DNA from: Phoronis australis
Taxonomy: Eukaryota; Animalia; Phoronida
Direction of reading: 5' to 3'
Length of the DNA stretch: 64,000 nucleotides
NCBI GenBank assembly: GCA_002633005.1
Contig: NMRA01000598.1
Location: 6,198-70,197, forward strand
This document shows, one piece after another, positions 37,001-49,100 of the stretch; positions within the stretch are counted from its first letter, which is position 1, and every line of letters begins with the position of its first letter. Under the pieces are notes generated by a model. That model had not been told where the DNA came from, did no database searches, and saw nothing but the letters and a program-made list of their open reading frames with translations. A program made the position numbers and the translations under genes.

Positions 37001-40000
37001 CAAGATACCGAGTCGAGACCTCGCTTTAATGAGACCCAGCAATTTTTCACAACTCTTCCCATGGAGATCAGGTGATGCACATGAGACAACAACCCATGAA
37101 ACAACAACCTGTGTAAAACTGGACACCTTTTTCACCATACAGTTGTCCACGTACAACCACCAATGTTGATGCCTGTAATTTGTTCTTCCAGCACTGCCCA
37201 GGGACCTGCCCAACCACTGAGACCCCAAGGGCCCATGCGGACACCGCTGAGATTTGCCCAGTCTGTGCCCATGCAAGTCACCCCTGGTATAGGTGAGTTG
37301 TAAACTTGTTAATATACACCTGCAGTTTTTTACGTTTAACATCGCCTGCTTATTGGTTACAGAAACATATTTGCCATGCTCGCGATTGGCATGTTGTGAT
37401 CAAGCCAGATTTTGGAATGTTTTAAAAATCTGAACCTGTACGACATGACGGCAAAAAATTAAAGATCTAATATCAGGGACAAAAGTAAATTCAATTAGCA
37501 TTGTATTGAGGAAATTCTTTGACTTGTTCAAGGCATCTCTTGGAATTGTGAAACATCACCCAGTCTGTTCACATTACTGTAGCATTTGACCTTTTTACGG
37601 ATAGTGAAAATCTACGCTTGCGCCTCGAAGAGCATAGATTTGTAGGATTCGAGTCATTCAATCCTTAATCAACAAAGTGTCTTATTAGTAAGCTGGCAGT
37701 TAATATTGGACAGATGTTACCCAGTACTAAATAGCATTTACTCCTATTGATAATGAACTGAACTAACACTGGCTGCTTGAAATACAACTAAAGTGAAGCA
37801 ATGTCTACAAATTACATAATACTTCCAAGGTGTTGCATTTCCACCATGCTTCATACGACGTCCCATGTTACCCATAAAAACGTCAATTCTTGTTTTACTC
37901 TTGAACCCAATGTTATACGTCACAACTGTACGTCAGATCCTGTTCTTTTACCTTGTTAGGTGTGCCGTCTTGTGTGGGCTATTGCTTCATCCTGCTTATT
38001 TTCAATGGCATTGCTTGTGATTGTAAAAGCTATGTTCATAAGTTAGACATTCGATTGATTATGTTGCTTAATGTGCAATACCTGTGTACTTGACCTCAAA
38101 CTCCAGCTTCATTTGGATAGTTCCGTACTTATGTCCTCAACTTTGGTAAAATTTCCCCAGTTCAGGACTAAGTATGGCCGACAACTGAAATTTTAATTGA
38201 ATTCCCATTTTTCTGCAAGTTTTGTACCACAGCTACAAACAAACAAAGTATTAACAAAGTGTGGGCATTCACAATAATGTTGTAAGTCCTCGAACTTGGT
38301 GACATTTTGCCACACTTTATGTTGTGGTAACTTCAGTCCACTACACATTGGATCGTGTGTTGCACTTGACCGCCTGCCAGTCACTAAATAGAATGTGTCC
38401 AGGGCACTGGGTCTATAGTCCTTGGTTATCCGTGATAATGGAAAATAGACGGAATTCATGAAACCAAGCTTCTTTCTCGGAATTAAAGATTTCGAAAAGC
38501 ATACACATATTTCAGTAGCAGAGACCGTAATCCTAATATTTTTGTTTTTATTACTGAATATTAAGAATCTAATCGATCAAATTCGACAAGTCTGGCCATA
38601 AATCAATTAGGTGTCATTTTGCAGAAAACGCATTCAAGTAGTTGTTTATTCTTTCTGAAGGTGGCACTTTTTCTGGTTTTGAAAAACAATAAAATGCCGT
38701 GCAGCAAGGTATCAGTAAAATGGAGCCGAGGCATAACTCAGCCGAAAATTTAAAGTAAATTCCAAGACCATTCTTTTGTTATTTTCTCATTGTTTTTGAA
38801 AACCAAGGTCTCTGTGGGCCTAATCTCTTAACACAGCATGCAGCTCAAAAATTGACTTACTGCATGACACACTTCTTATCAAGTTACAAACAGTTGTACT
38901 CAATTCATGCAGCGTGATTGATTTTGTTTCAATTGTGTGTCTTGTCTCGATTTGGCGTTTTGATCCTGAGACCCAGAAGTTGAAAGGGTAGATTGAACTC
39001 CATTATAATGTGCATCGCATTTTCTTATGAGTACCCCTAGTAACCCCAGTCGTGTCAGAGTGTGTGTCCGTAACAAGCGTGTATGTGACTGGATCTTAAC
39101 ATTGCTTGCTTGCTGTTGTCTGTAGGTCTCGCCTTCACTGACAGCCCGGTAGCACCCGTGTTTCAAACGCCTGGCATCAAGCAGATCCGTAAACAGCGGT
39201 TGCCCTCGCCCCCTGCTAAACCCATCTCCCTGCAGCTGACTGAGGACACCGCTGAGGACAGTCCCATACCTCCAGTGCTGCAAACTCCAGGTAGTTGATG
39301 CTTTCTTCCCAATGAAGAGCTTGAAATTCACTAGATGGCGCCAGTGAAGGGGCAGTCCTACCTGTTTATGTTCATGATTTGAATTACCAGAGTTTGAGTG
39401 ACTCAGTTCTGAGAAGCTTGGAAGTCTACTGAATGGCACATATGAATTTTTGCGTCTACCTGTTTAAGTGCATGAATTCAGGCTGTCAGATGGAACCCCT
39501 ATTTCACCAGTGCCCTTATGCTAATGAAGAGCTTTCTGTTTTCTTACTGTTGATAAAACAAAATTAGGGCCTTTTTGTTCAATGCCCAACTAATATTAGC
39601 CCTTTTTGTTGGTTTTGATTTTCTTTGTCTAAAAGTAGCCTCATCCATGCTCAGTACTGCTTTTCGTGAGGCCCTGAACGCATTTCCACCACATTTACTC
39701 CTTTTCCACGTGGGACCTCAACATATTTACACTACATTCTCTTCCTTTCCATGAGGGCTCTCAACATATTCACACCACATTCACGCCGTGTCCATGAGGC
39801 CCCTCAGCACATTCACGCCACATTCACTAGTTTAAATGAGGCCCTCAACACATTCACGCCACATTCACTCCGTTTCCATGAGGCCCCTCAGCACATTCAC
39901 GCCACATTCACGCCGTGTCCATGAGGCCCCTCAGCACATTCACGCCACATTCACTAGTTTAAATGAGGCCCTCAGCACATTCACGCCACAGCCACTTTCC

Positions 40001-43000
40001 ATGATGCCCTCACCATACACCTCGCTCACTTGCTTTCCACGAGGGCCCAGCACTCATTCACACCAAGTTCACCACTTTCCATGTGGGCCCAGCACTCATT
40101 TTCGACATGTTACTGCCCCATTCACTCTTTTGAGCACTCAAGTTGCTACTGAGCATGTGCAGGGATGCAATAAAGATTTAGTGCAATCATCATAGTCTGC
40201 TCAAACAGATCCAATAACATCACAGACATTAGTAAAATTGATCCTTATGCCAGGACCCTGAGGCCTCTTATTTACTACTTAAACTGTTAGATCCAATTAA
40301 CTCGCCCTGTCAAGGCAACATATTCCCAGTTCTGAAACATTAAGATGTTAAAAGCGGTGCCATGCCACACAGGAGAAACTCTTGTGTGTTACCGGAAAAA
40401 GGTGATCGGACAAAAACAGCGTCACTGCTGCTACTAACAAGTGTTTATCCACAATCACTCTCACAAGAAGGTGGTTATTGTTGTAGAGCACAACTAGTCT
40501 TGACTAGAAAAGGATTTTGATGAGACGGAAATCTTGAATTTGAGTCTGAATTTGGAGATTGAATCCAGCTTGGACTCCCAGGTCATCCATGCATGCACGT
40601 AGCAACTACATAAAAGAGAGCGCGGAAAAATATTGGATACGCAGTAGAGTAATGTTTGTATGGAATAGGTGATTTAACATGTTTGAGTAATGTTCGATCA
40701 AAATTAGTGGCGCTCATGAATTACTGCCGATGATCCTTGCCACAAATAACATTGCACACGTAGATGCACATTTTCACTGTGTATATTTATCATGCGCAGA
40801 CCCGCACACCGCAAAGATCAGTCGGCCATTCCTTGTTGCTTTTATCAATCCCAGTAGGCATTGTGCTGACTAATATTCGGACATGTGCAATCGTTAAACC
40901 GATTTGGCTGCAGCTCCGCTATTCTACTGTGCTCTAGTGACAAGTATAATTAAATTATTTTTTGTCATGTTGTCACCAACTTATCTGTGATCTAACGGGT
41001 CTTTACTGGGTGACTCTTGACCCACAATGCATTTGAAAAAAGACAACAGTCCTGTGAATGAAGTTCCCTAAATTTCTAATAAAAGGCGCACTTGTGATTT
41101 ATAAAGCAATTTCTGAAATCATCTTGCGTTTGTCTAACATAACATAACGACTTAGAATATAACTGACTTCATAATGGTAAACAGTGGATCTTGTATTTTT
41201 GGACTCATTCTGTTAAAATGTAAAATTGTTGAAGAATAATTTGGCAATAGAGTACAGCCTGAAAATTTTCAATTGTTTATGACTTGGATATGTTGATGTG
41301 TCAGGTATCAGGCAGATAAAGAAGATGATCCCTGACAAGCCAATAAATGCCAACCCTGCCCACGTGGCCCCTGTGAGTGCAAGCCTGAACACACCAGAAG
41401 CCCCGGACGTAACTATTAGATTTGAGGTTTGTCAGCTTCTTATGGAATCAATGACAAGTTGAAATTTGTATTGAATGTACATGAATTATTGTCAGCTGAA
41501 TATTACAAAAAAAAGGTTTAGGGTGGATGTGAACTTTGGAATTGGCGGCATTGGTCACCTATTCTGTCCATCTGTGTTTATCATTGATGTAACAGAGAGA
41601 ATTTTATTATAGATTGAGATGTTTAACTTCAATCGGCATTTTTTTTGCAGTCAGTTACATGTTCATGTTAAAATTGTCGAATCAAAATCCGTTTCTTTTT
41701 TCATTAATAACTGGATTACTGAATTTAAAAATGAACAAAGTTTTGTTACAGAAATGAAAATATATGAGTTCACAATTCCATAAGGTTTTTAGTTGCATAG
41801 AAGATTCGTTTCTGTAATAACTAAGTATGGTATAATTTAGGATACAATATGGGAGACACGTGACGTATTATTTTCTCTTCAAAAAGTAAAATTGGTGCTG
41901 TGCCATGTTCCGGTCCTCAGCAATAGCAACTAGACCTTTAAAGGACAATTTGGCAGTTATTTTTGTGTGAATTGGTGAATTTTTGCCTCAATATTATCAC
42001 TTGCAGTAGTGTATAAACATTTCTTGGTATGTATTGTATTTTGTCTTCATTTTCTGAAAAAAATTAATATAACAAACCTGTGACAAAAACTGAAGCCCAC
42101 ATTAAACAATAACGTTGCAAACCATTTCAGCCTTTTCCATGTAAACCACCACTACTGTAATTTCTAACGGGTGAAATGTATATAGAAATGTCTGATCAAG
42201 CTGCTTCAGTTTTAGAACTTGTGAGTTGTGTTACAACATATGCCAACAGTAATGGGACAAGGCGCTGTTTCTCTATGGCAACTGTCAATTCCGCCAACTG
42301 CAAATGCAATCTTTGTAATAAAATCCAAACTATGGTAAAAAATATTTATTTTGAGACGCAATATGGCAGACACGTGAAATCTGTTTCTTTATGTTTCTCA
42401 AACAAAATGACCTGGAAATATTCCTTTCCTCTCAGCATACTTAATACAGTACATTTTTGGAGAACTTTCAGCAAAACAAAATTAAAAATGCCAATTTTAG
42501 CCGTTACTTTAATCCCAAATTATAAAGTTTTAGCCTTTCCACGATGTCAACTTTGTGGTTAATTCCCCGTCGTTCCTCGTCATGGCTGCCGGTTACAATG
42601 ACGAATTCCTCTTGAGTTTGAGCCATTTTGGGAAGGAATTTCTGGTCGTTTTGTCTTAATTACATTTCGTGACCTTACTGGTCAATATAGTGTTAAATTT
42701 TGTATCTGTGCAATAGTTGTTTGTAAATTGAAAGTAGCGTTCATGGGATTACTCTAAGAGTCTAAGTTTTGGACAAAAAATGACTAGAATAGCCATTTTC
42801 TATTATTCATAGACTTACTGCATCAATGCTGAATGGTATAAATTCTACCAAATGTTTTGAAGCTACTGCTACCTATACAAACCATGCTAAAAATTAAGTA
42901 AAATTTCCTGAAAATTTCTTTTTGGCGAGAGATTTGACAAAACAAAATTTGACATGTCCTCTATATTGTGTCCCGAAAAAACATTTTTTTCAGTAATACA

Positions 43001-44663
43001 AAATATAATGGAACTGTTTGCCTCTTGCAACCCTCTTTACTCCAGAACCTAACCGGCACGATGGCCACCATAGGTCAAGCAGACGGTTCCTACATGGTGC
43101 CACCACAAGCACCACAGCTCCTTTCTGACCCCACCAGCATGCCAGAGCCCGTCGCCCCGGTGACGCTGTCTGAGACAATCGTACAACCAAGCACGCCAGA
43201 GTCGCTGGCCAGTAAACTGAACTTGGACGAGCTCAGCTCGCCGACCATGCCACAGCTGACTGGAGTGTACAACTTCAACACTTACTCCCTGACTGAGAAT
43301 ACCGACCTGGACCAACCAAAAGAGACTCCAGAAGAGACACGGCTGACAGAGACATCTGGTGTAAAACAGTATGTGTATATGCTGGCTTATTGACATAGTT
43401 CTGGTGGAGTATTTGAGAAAAAGCCAAGAGTCTAGAAGAAATGTATGAGCAAAAAATCTTTTCGTATGGGTTTTATTTCCTTTGTCACTACCCTCAAAAA
43501 TATTTATGTGTAACGCTTGAATACAGCTGTTCCAATACAAGACTGTTTTGTGGAAAAAGCGTTCGTGATATAAGAATTGCAGTGCATGAAAAAGGAGCAA
43601 GTTTGACGAAAAATAATTTTTTACCAAACGCCAAAAATTCTGATATTCAGTATGTCATTGGAGTTTGTGCATGAAGAAGCCTGACAGCCCAGTGAACAGT
43701 CTATTTTTGAATGCTCTTTACTTTGTAGAATTTCCCCCATCACATGCGATGAGTACTGTAACCAGGTAGACTACATTCAGCGTCAGTTGTCGATGGAGTA
43801 TGCCAACCTTGTCATTTACAAGATCAATGAGTTTGTCACTAACAAGTGTACAGGTCGGTATTTGAAGTTTTCTGTGGCGTAGACTAAAATCTTTGTTGTG
43901 TGGTAGTAACTGTGTGCTATATGGACAAAACACTACACTTCTCTAATCTATGTTTATTCAGAACTGTGGATTATTATATTCTGAGGATCCTAGCTTGATA
44001 TTATGCAGGTAAAAGAAATATAACTATTCCATTGCAGGGGTGTTGAGGGTTCCATCTCTTCAACAAACTTCTCAAATTCTTTTTAAACACTCCACCTAGT
44101 CAACGCCATTTCATTTTTCTTTTTTGTTATCCCGTGTCATTGTAATAAGATGCAAACCATCAAATACATCTAAGTTTGGGACTACGACTCCCAGCTGAGG
44201 GGGAGAGGTTGCACATAATTGAACCCTTGAGAAAGGTTGTAAGCAACATTTGATAGACAAATTGAGTAATTAACTCAAGAGTTAGAGACATTGTAGCGAA
44301 ATGCAAAACAAAAAAATTATTCAAAGTTGGTAACACATGAGCAAGTATACTTAGCTTTCGTTTGTAGTGATACTGTTATATTCAATGTAATTGTGCTTTG
44401 AAGTTATGTTTGTAAATTTCTTTTAAATGTCATTTTTCACACCAGACAGATTTCTTTGTAAGATAGGTACATGATTGTGTATTCAGTTGTGCGCTAAATG
44501 CATTGTTATAGATGGTTTTGAGGAAGCTGCGTTCACAGAGACAGAACTGAAGGTGGACATAGGGCTGGGATACAAGACTAAAGCTATGTTGCTGCTGCTG
44601 ACTAGACTGCAGAGAGTTCACTGTACCAAGGCTCGTGGACTTGACGTGTATTGGATACTGTGA
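34086..44663 (+). CDS. SKA3: Spindle and kinetochore-associated protein 3; exons 34086-34256, 35358-35520, 35839-35934, (36039-36081 uncertain), 36491-36664, 37192-37292, 39126-39290, 41305-41426, 43046-43368, 43729-43853, 44512-44663
   Basis: The N-terminus FSQLKRLASTIERERETLQSAL...VESYLQHYGYTP resembles SKA3 ([20 protein letters not shown]...YFQKYGYSP). It also has RTPTLADFGIS (SKA3 SPQLSDFGL), SPVAPVFQTPGIK and an S/T-P-rich middle. Splice sites are canonical and phases compatible except at one junction. Confidence 0.85.
39665..40130. repeat. Intronic minisatellite, ~43 bp
   Basis: Repeated CACATTCACGCCACATTCAC....TCCATGAGGCCCCTCAG. Confidence 0.85.
40840..40920 (+). mobile_element. Terminal fragment of the ISL2EU-like family (matches 23257-23340 inverted)
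   Basis: CAATCCCAGTAG..GGACATG.GCAATCGTTAAA.CGATT.GG.TGCA.CTCCGCTAT. Confidence 0.7.
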
Positions 44664-46123
44664 GCGGCTAACGTGAGATCCTTGTGATAGAGAAGATGGA
44701 AGCAAAGCAAGATTTATGGATTCGACATGTAGTCTACTTGTACAGTGAATGCCAAAAGTAATGGAACACGAAGTAGGACTGCACTATGGAAATTGATAGA
44801 GACCCCATTTATGAGCTGTTTATTGTTATTTCAAATTAAGCCTGTTTCTTCGCAACACCTGTCTGAAGTATGACCATAGTATCCCATGTCATTCTATAGT
44901 CTATGATTCACAATGATTCAATAATAATAACTTATTCATAATTCGATGTTGTATTAGTTTTATTGCACAATGCACAGTATGTTGAATTATTCTTATACAT
45001 GAAAATACTGAGCTGACACACCTCTCGCAACAGTCAAGGTATAATATCATTTTGAGATTTTTATCACAATCTGAAAAAAATAAATATGTTAAATGATTAC
45101 AAAATCAATAGGACTAATTCTTGCCAAAAATAATCTTCTAAATGGGTAACTATGTAGTTCAAAATCGCAAAATGAAAGAAATTAGTCTTAAAAAGACTTG
45201 GAAGGGGATTCACAGTGATGCTGCTGCAAACATGAATTTCAGACACTGGAAAATCATATTTGATTTAGGGTAAAGCTACATAATTTTTCTTCATTGGTCA
45301 CAAAGTCCCTAAAAGGCATCCTTTCCTCATGACGATAGCATCCAATTCCTCACCTTCACAAAGTATACCAAACCCAGAATGCATAATGCCTTATCCCCAC
45401 ACTTGAGCACACTGATAATAGAATGCATAATGCCTTATCCCCACACTTGAGTACACAGACAATAATTGACCATAGTGCTCCCTTGTGCAAAACCTGAACA
45501 CAAATGAAAAGTGATGGCAAGACGAGGTGCCCTGCCCAAATGTCTTAATACTTCTCATTTGAATCACTTCTGTGAAGCTCTGGATGGACAAATGAATGCA
45601 AAGCCGTACAACTTCACCTCTTGTTTTATCATCTGACACTCCTCTACCCATGACAAAAACAGCAGATAGCAGTTTCATGAATATGATTGTCACAAACTAT
45701 CAGAATTGTGAAAGTGACAAGTTCTCATGCCAACCTGAATGTAGGTAAGACTGACACCTAGTGAACTTCGAACTACTCTCGTGAGCAAAACTACAAAAAC
45801 AGAATTAAACTTACAAACCAATAGCACACACACATCAAGCAAAACAATTTCATAGTATTCTGGAACTGGACATTTTCTGGGGCCAATTTCCTAAAATGTC
45901 ATGTCACATATTTCACATAATCTAAATGAAGACCTATGAAAATCTATGACTGATCGTAAGCCTCCATTCGAGCTATGCAAAAACAAGTTACAACATTTTA
46001 GCGAAACAGACATCTGGGCTGCCTTTGCCAACAGAATGTTGATACTTTCCGGAATCTACTTGTTACTTTAACAAATACTGCAAGTGTTCCCTTGTACACC
46101 AACACCTAAACCATATGGTATGG

Positions 46124-49100
46124 TTATGCTTGTTTTGTATTACATGTATTTTTCACCTCATGTTTGGGTCTAAGATCTATCTGAGCAAGCTGTTCTGTTA
46201 CATCATCACTAGTAGCACTACCACCAGAGGGCGCATCCGCTATCTCACACCACAACTCCTCACTTGCCTCAGATGCCTCTTCTGTCGTACAGCTATCATG
46301 GGTTACACTCGCACTACTCTGGCAAGACTTAGACTGCACTTTGACTACGTCAGACAGAGTCTTTATACCGACAATCTGAAGTATGTTTTCGATGTTCCTC
46401 ATATAATCCATGTGTCCTTTTATCTGAAACAACCAAAAACTTTGCTTTAGCGCTGGAAAAACTTCAAGAATGCATGACCACCACTATGCATGAACCATTG
46501 AAACCTACGGTCAATATCGTAGAGCGGCATGCATTTACTATGACCAGGGAAGTTGAGGGTTGGGTAATCTTTATCAATTGTAATAATATAAAATACACCA
46601 TAGCACTCTTTGTATGTTCAGTAGATAGAGTAAACATTCGACAATTTCAGCTTCAAATCTTTTTAAACATGACACTCAAAGGTATCCGGTTGACAATTTC
46701 ATCCAAGACTGTTTTTATAATGCCCTAGTAACAAAAAGCGATGTCCAAATAGCCCTAGTAACATAAAGCGATGTCCAAGTAAAGCATGCATAAGTTGGAT
46801 TCAATGCGATCGAGAAGTTTCATCAAAGTACATAAGGTGAGAAGAGCTGAATGAAAAACCCAAACCAACTGCACCATGGAACTCAAGTTAATGCCACCCT
46901 ACCGTAAAATGGATTCGAACCCATTATCTCGGCAGTCGCAGTCCAGCCCCTTGCCACAAGAGCTAAAAGCTCATGTGGCAAGTTGTGGAATATTTGGGCG
47001 TAATACGATCACCAGCCTCAATTTCACTTAATTTTACCGAATGGCTGAAGGCCAACGTCTGGAATCTATGATTCCTAATAAAATCACAAAAAACAATGGA
47101 ATTTTCCACTTTAATTTATAGTTCTGTCAAAGCTGAGAACAGTACCCTACCTAAAATTAGTCTCAAAAATGCATTTTTCCATCCTAAAACCAATTGCGTC
47201 CCTTTAAGCCAAGATCCAACTTTTGTTAGTTTTACTGTATTGGTACACATAAACAGTGGCTGCTCTCACCATGTCCGTGAGATCAATATTCAACATTCGT
47301 CGGTCATGCCATTTCACGGGAGCCAGTCCAGCAATAGAGAATTGCACTGAAGCGGTTCTGTACAGGAACTTGAGTAACCAATCACTCCTGAAATATCCAA
47401 TAAAAGAAACACACATAATTTGACAGCAGCCCCTGTGTCATGACTTCAACGAATTCTCCTTTCAAAAGAAACCCGATAAAAAAACAGTAGTCAGTAGAGG
47501 CCAAGTCGTCAGGCAATGAATCTGAATTTGCAAGGCCAAGGTCGTGAACTTGTCTCCAGATTAACAGTTCAATGCAAAACCACCACTTCATCATGAGATG
47601 GCCTGGGCATCCCCAGGAAGAAAAAATGAAAGCACTAGTAAGCACACCTAAGTTGAGACAATGTTGGAATAGAGTAATGACCTATGGCAGTTGTTATGAT
47701 TCTTGATACAACTGAGCCTATGAGTTGCAAGTACACCAGAATCTGTGTCAAGTGATGTCTATGCACTTCTTTAAAGATTAAGTAGTCACAGCGTATTGAC
47801 ATACAATTTATCAACAAGTGCTCGCGTAGCTAATTTGGCAGTTAGCGAGAACAAGTTTTGACCCGCATCTCGGTATATGACTTAAAAAATTTTAAGAGTA
47901 AATGCCATTAACAAGAGCAATAATGCCAATAATAAGTTTATGTCCTGAAGAAGCAGAGGTATTAAAATAAAAAGCCTAATTTTCTAAAATGAGCACCTAT
48001 CTAAAAAAATGCAACATAACGCCCACGAAATAAACTTAAGCTAAATGAAGATAAATTACCTGCAGTAACCATTGATGATTTTCCCAGCGACAACCTTGGA
48101 CAGAGACTTCCACACCTTCTCATTTCCTGACACTGGAGCTCCCAGTACTATAACATCTTCCACAATACCTTCACACCCTGTATAAGTGAAGGTCACAATG
48201 TCTTCAATCAACAACGACACGAACAACAAAACAAACAGTTCAACCATTTGATATCCCATTCATAAGGCTGCATTTGCACGACTTAGATGCCAACTTTAAT
48301 GACCTTTTTGTAGTGCCCTGGGTGCCAGGTACTAGCAGAACACCTTGAACTACAATCACGTCTACTAAATAAGCATGAGGCATGTATAAAGCAATAAGAT
48401 TGTAGGGATGTAAAATTTCATATTGAAGAAAATCTAATCTTCACTGTCAGATCGTTACATACATGAAAGGATGACATTTGCACACACACTTCTTATTCTA
48501 CACTATACAGGTAGACCACCAGGGGTCGCCACCGGTTGACTGCGTGAAACTTCTTACTTATCCATCACTGAACAGTAAATCCAAATTGTTATACTATTTA
48601 TGAAATATGCACATAGATTTGACTAGTAATTTTGCCTGTTAAAGTTTCAAATGTCAAATGCTTCATATCAGTATCTATCTTGTCTGTCATTACTCTCCGA
48701 GAAATGATAATTTATGTCAATCATACCTTGACTAGAAACATTTCAAAACATCCCCCCCTCACTTAAAATGAGATTGTCGTTGACTAGGCTTTAGACAAGA
48801 ATGCAGCATCTTATTGTTTCACAGGTTGTACAGTCATGTGTTCACGTGGTTAATGACTTCAGATAGCTCTGGAGTCATAAGCGTGAGAGCAATACCTTTT
48901 CGACTCGACATTTCTTCCAAGGCAGAGAATATCACTCGAGCTCCCAGGCTGAAACCAATCAATGTAACGGGTCTTTTACCCTGAAACGACAGAAAATGTA
49001 TAGTGTCACACGCTATCTAAAACAAATTTTGACTGACTGGTCCTTTGACTAAATTACCAGAAAGGTGACAAAAAGACATTGTGAAGTTTGGTAACAAAAT

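Noticed and set aside
39836-40195. 119-aa His/Pro-rich ORF
   Set aside because: It is a translation of the intronic minisatellite.
41938-42962. Possible Kolobok-like element (TTAA-AGGACA ... TGTCCT) and the 128-aa ORF inside it
   Set aside because: The right end lacks TTAA and the TIR match is too short; the ORF has no recognisable motif.
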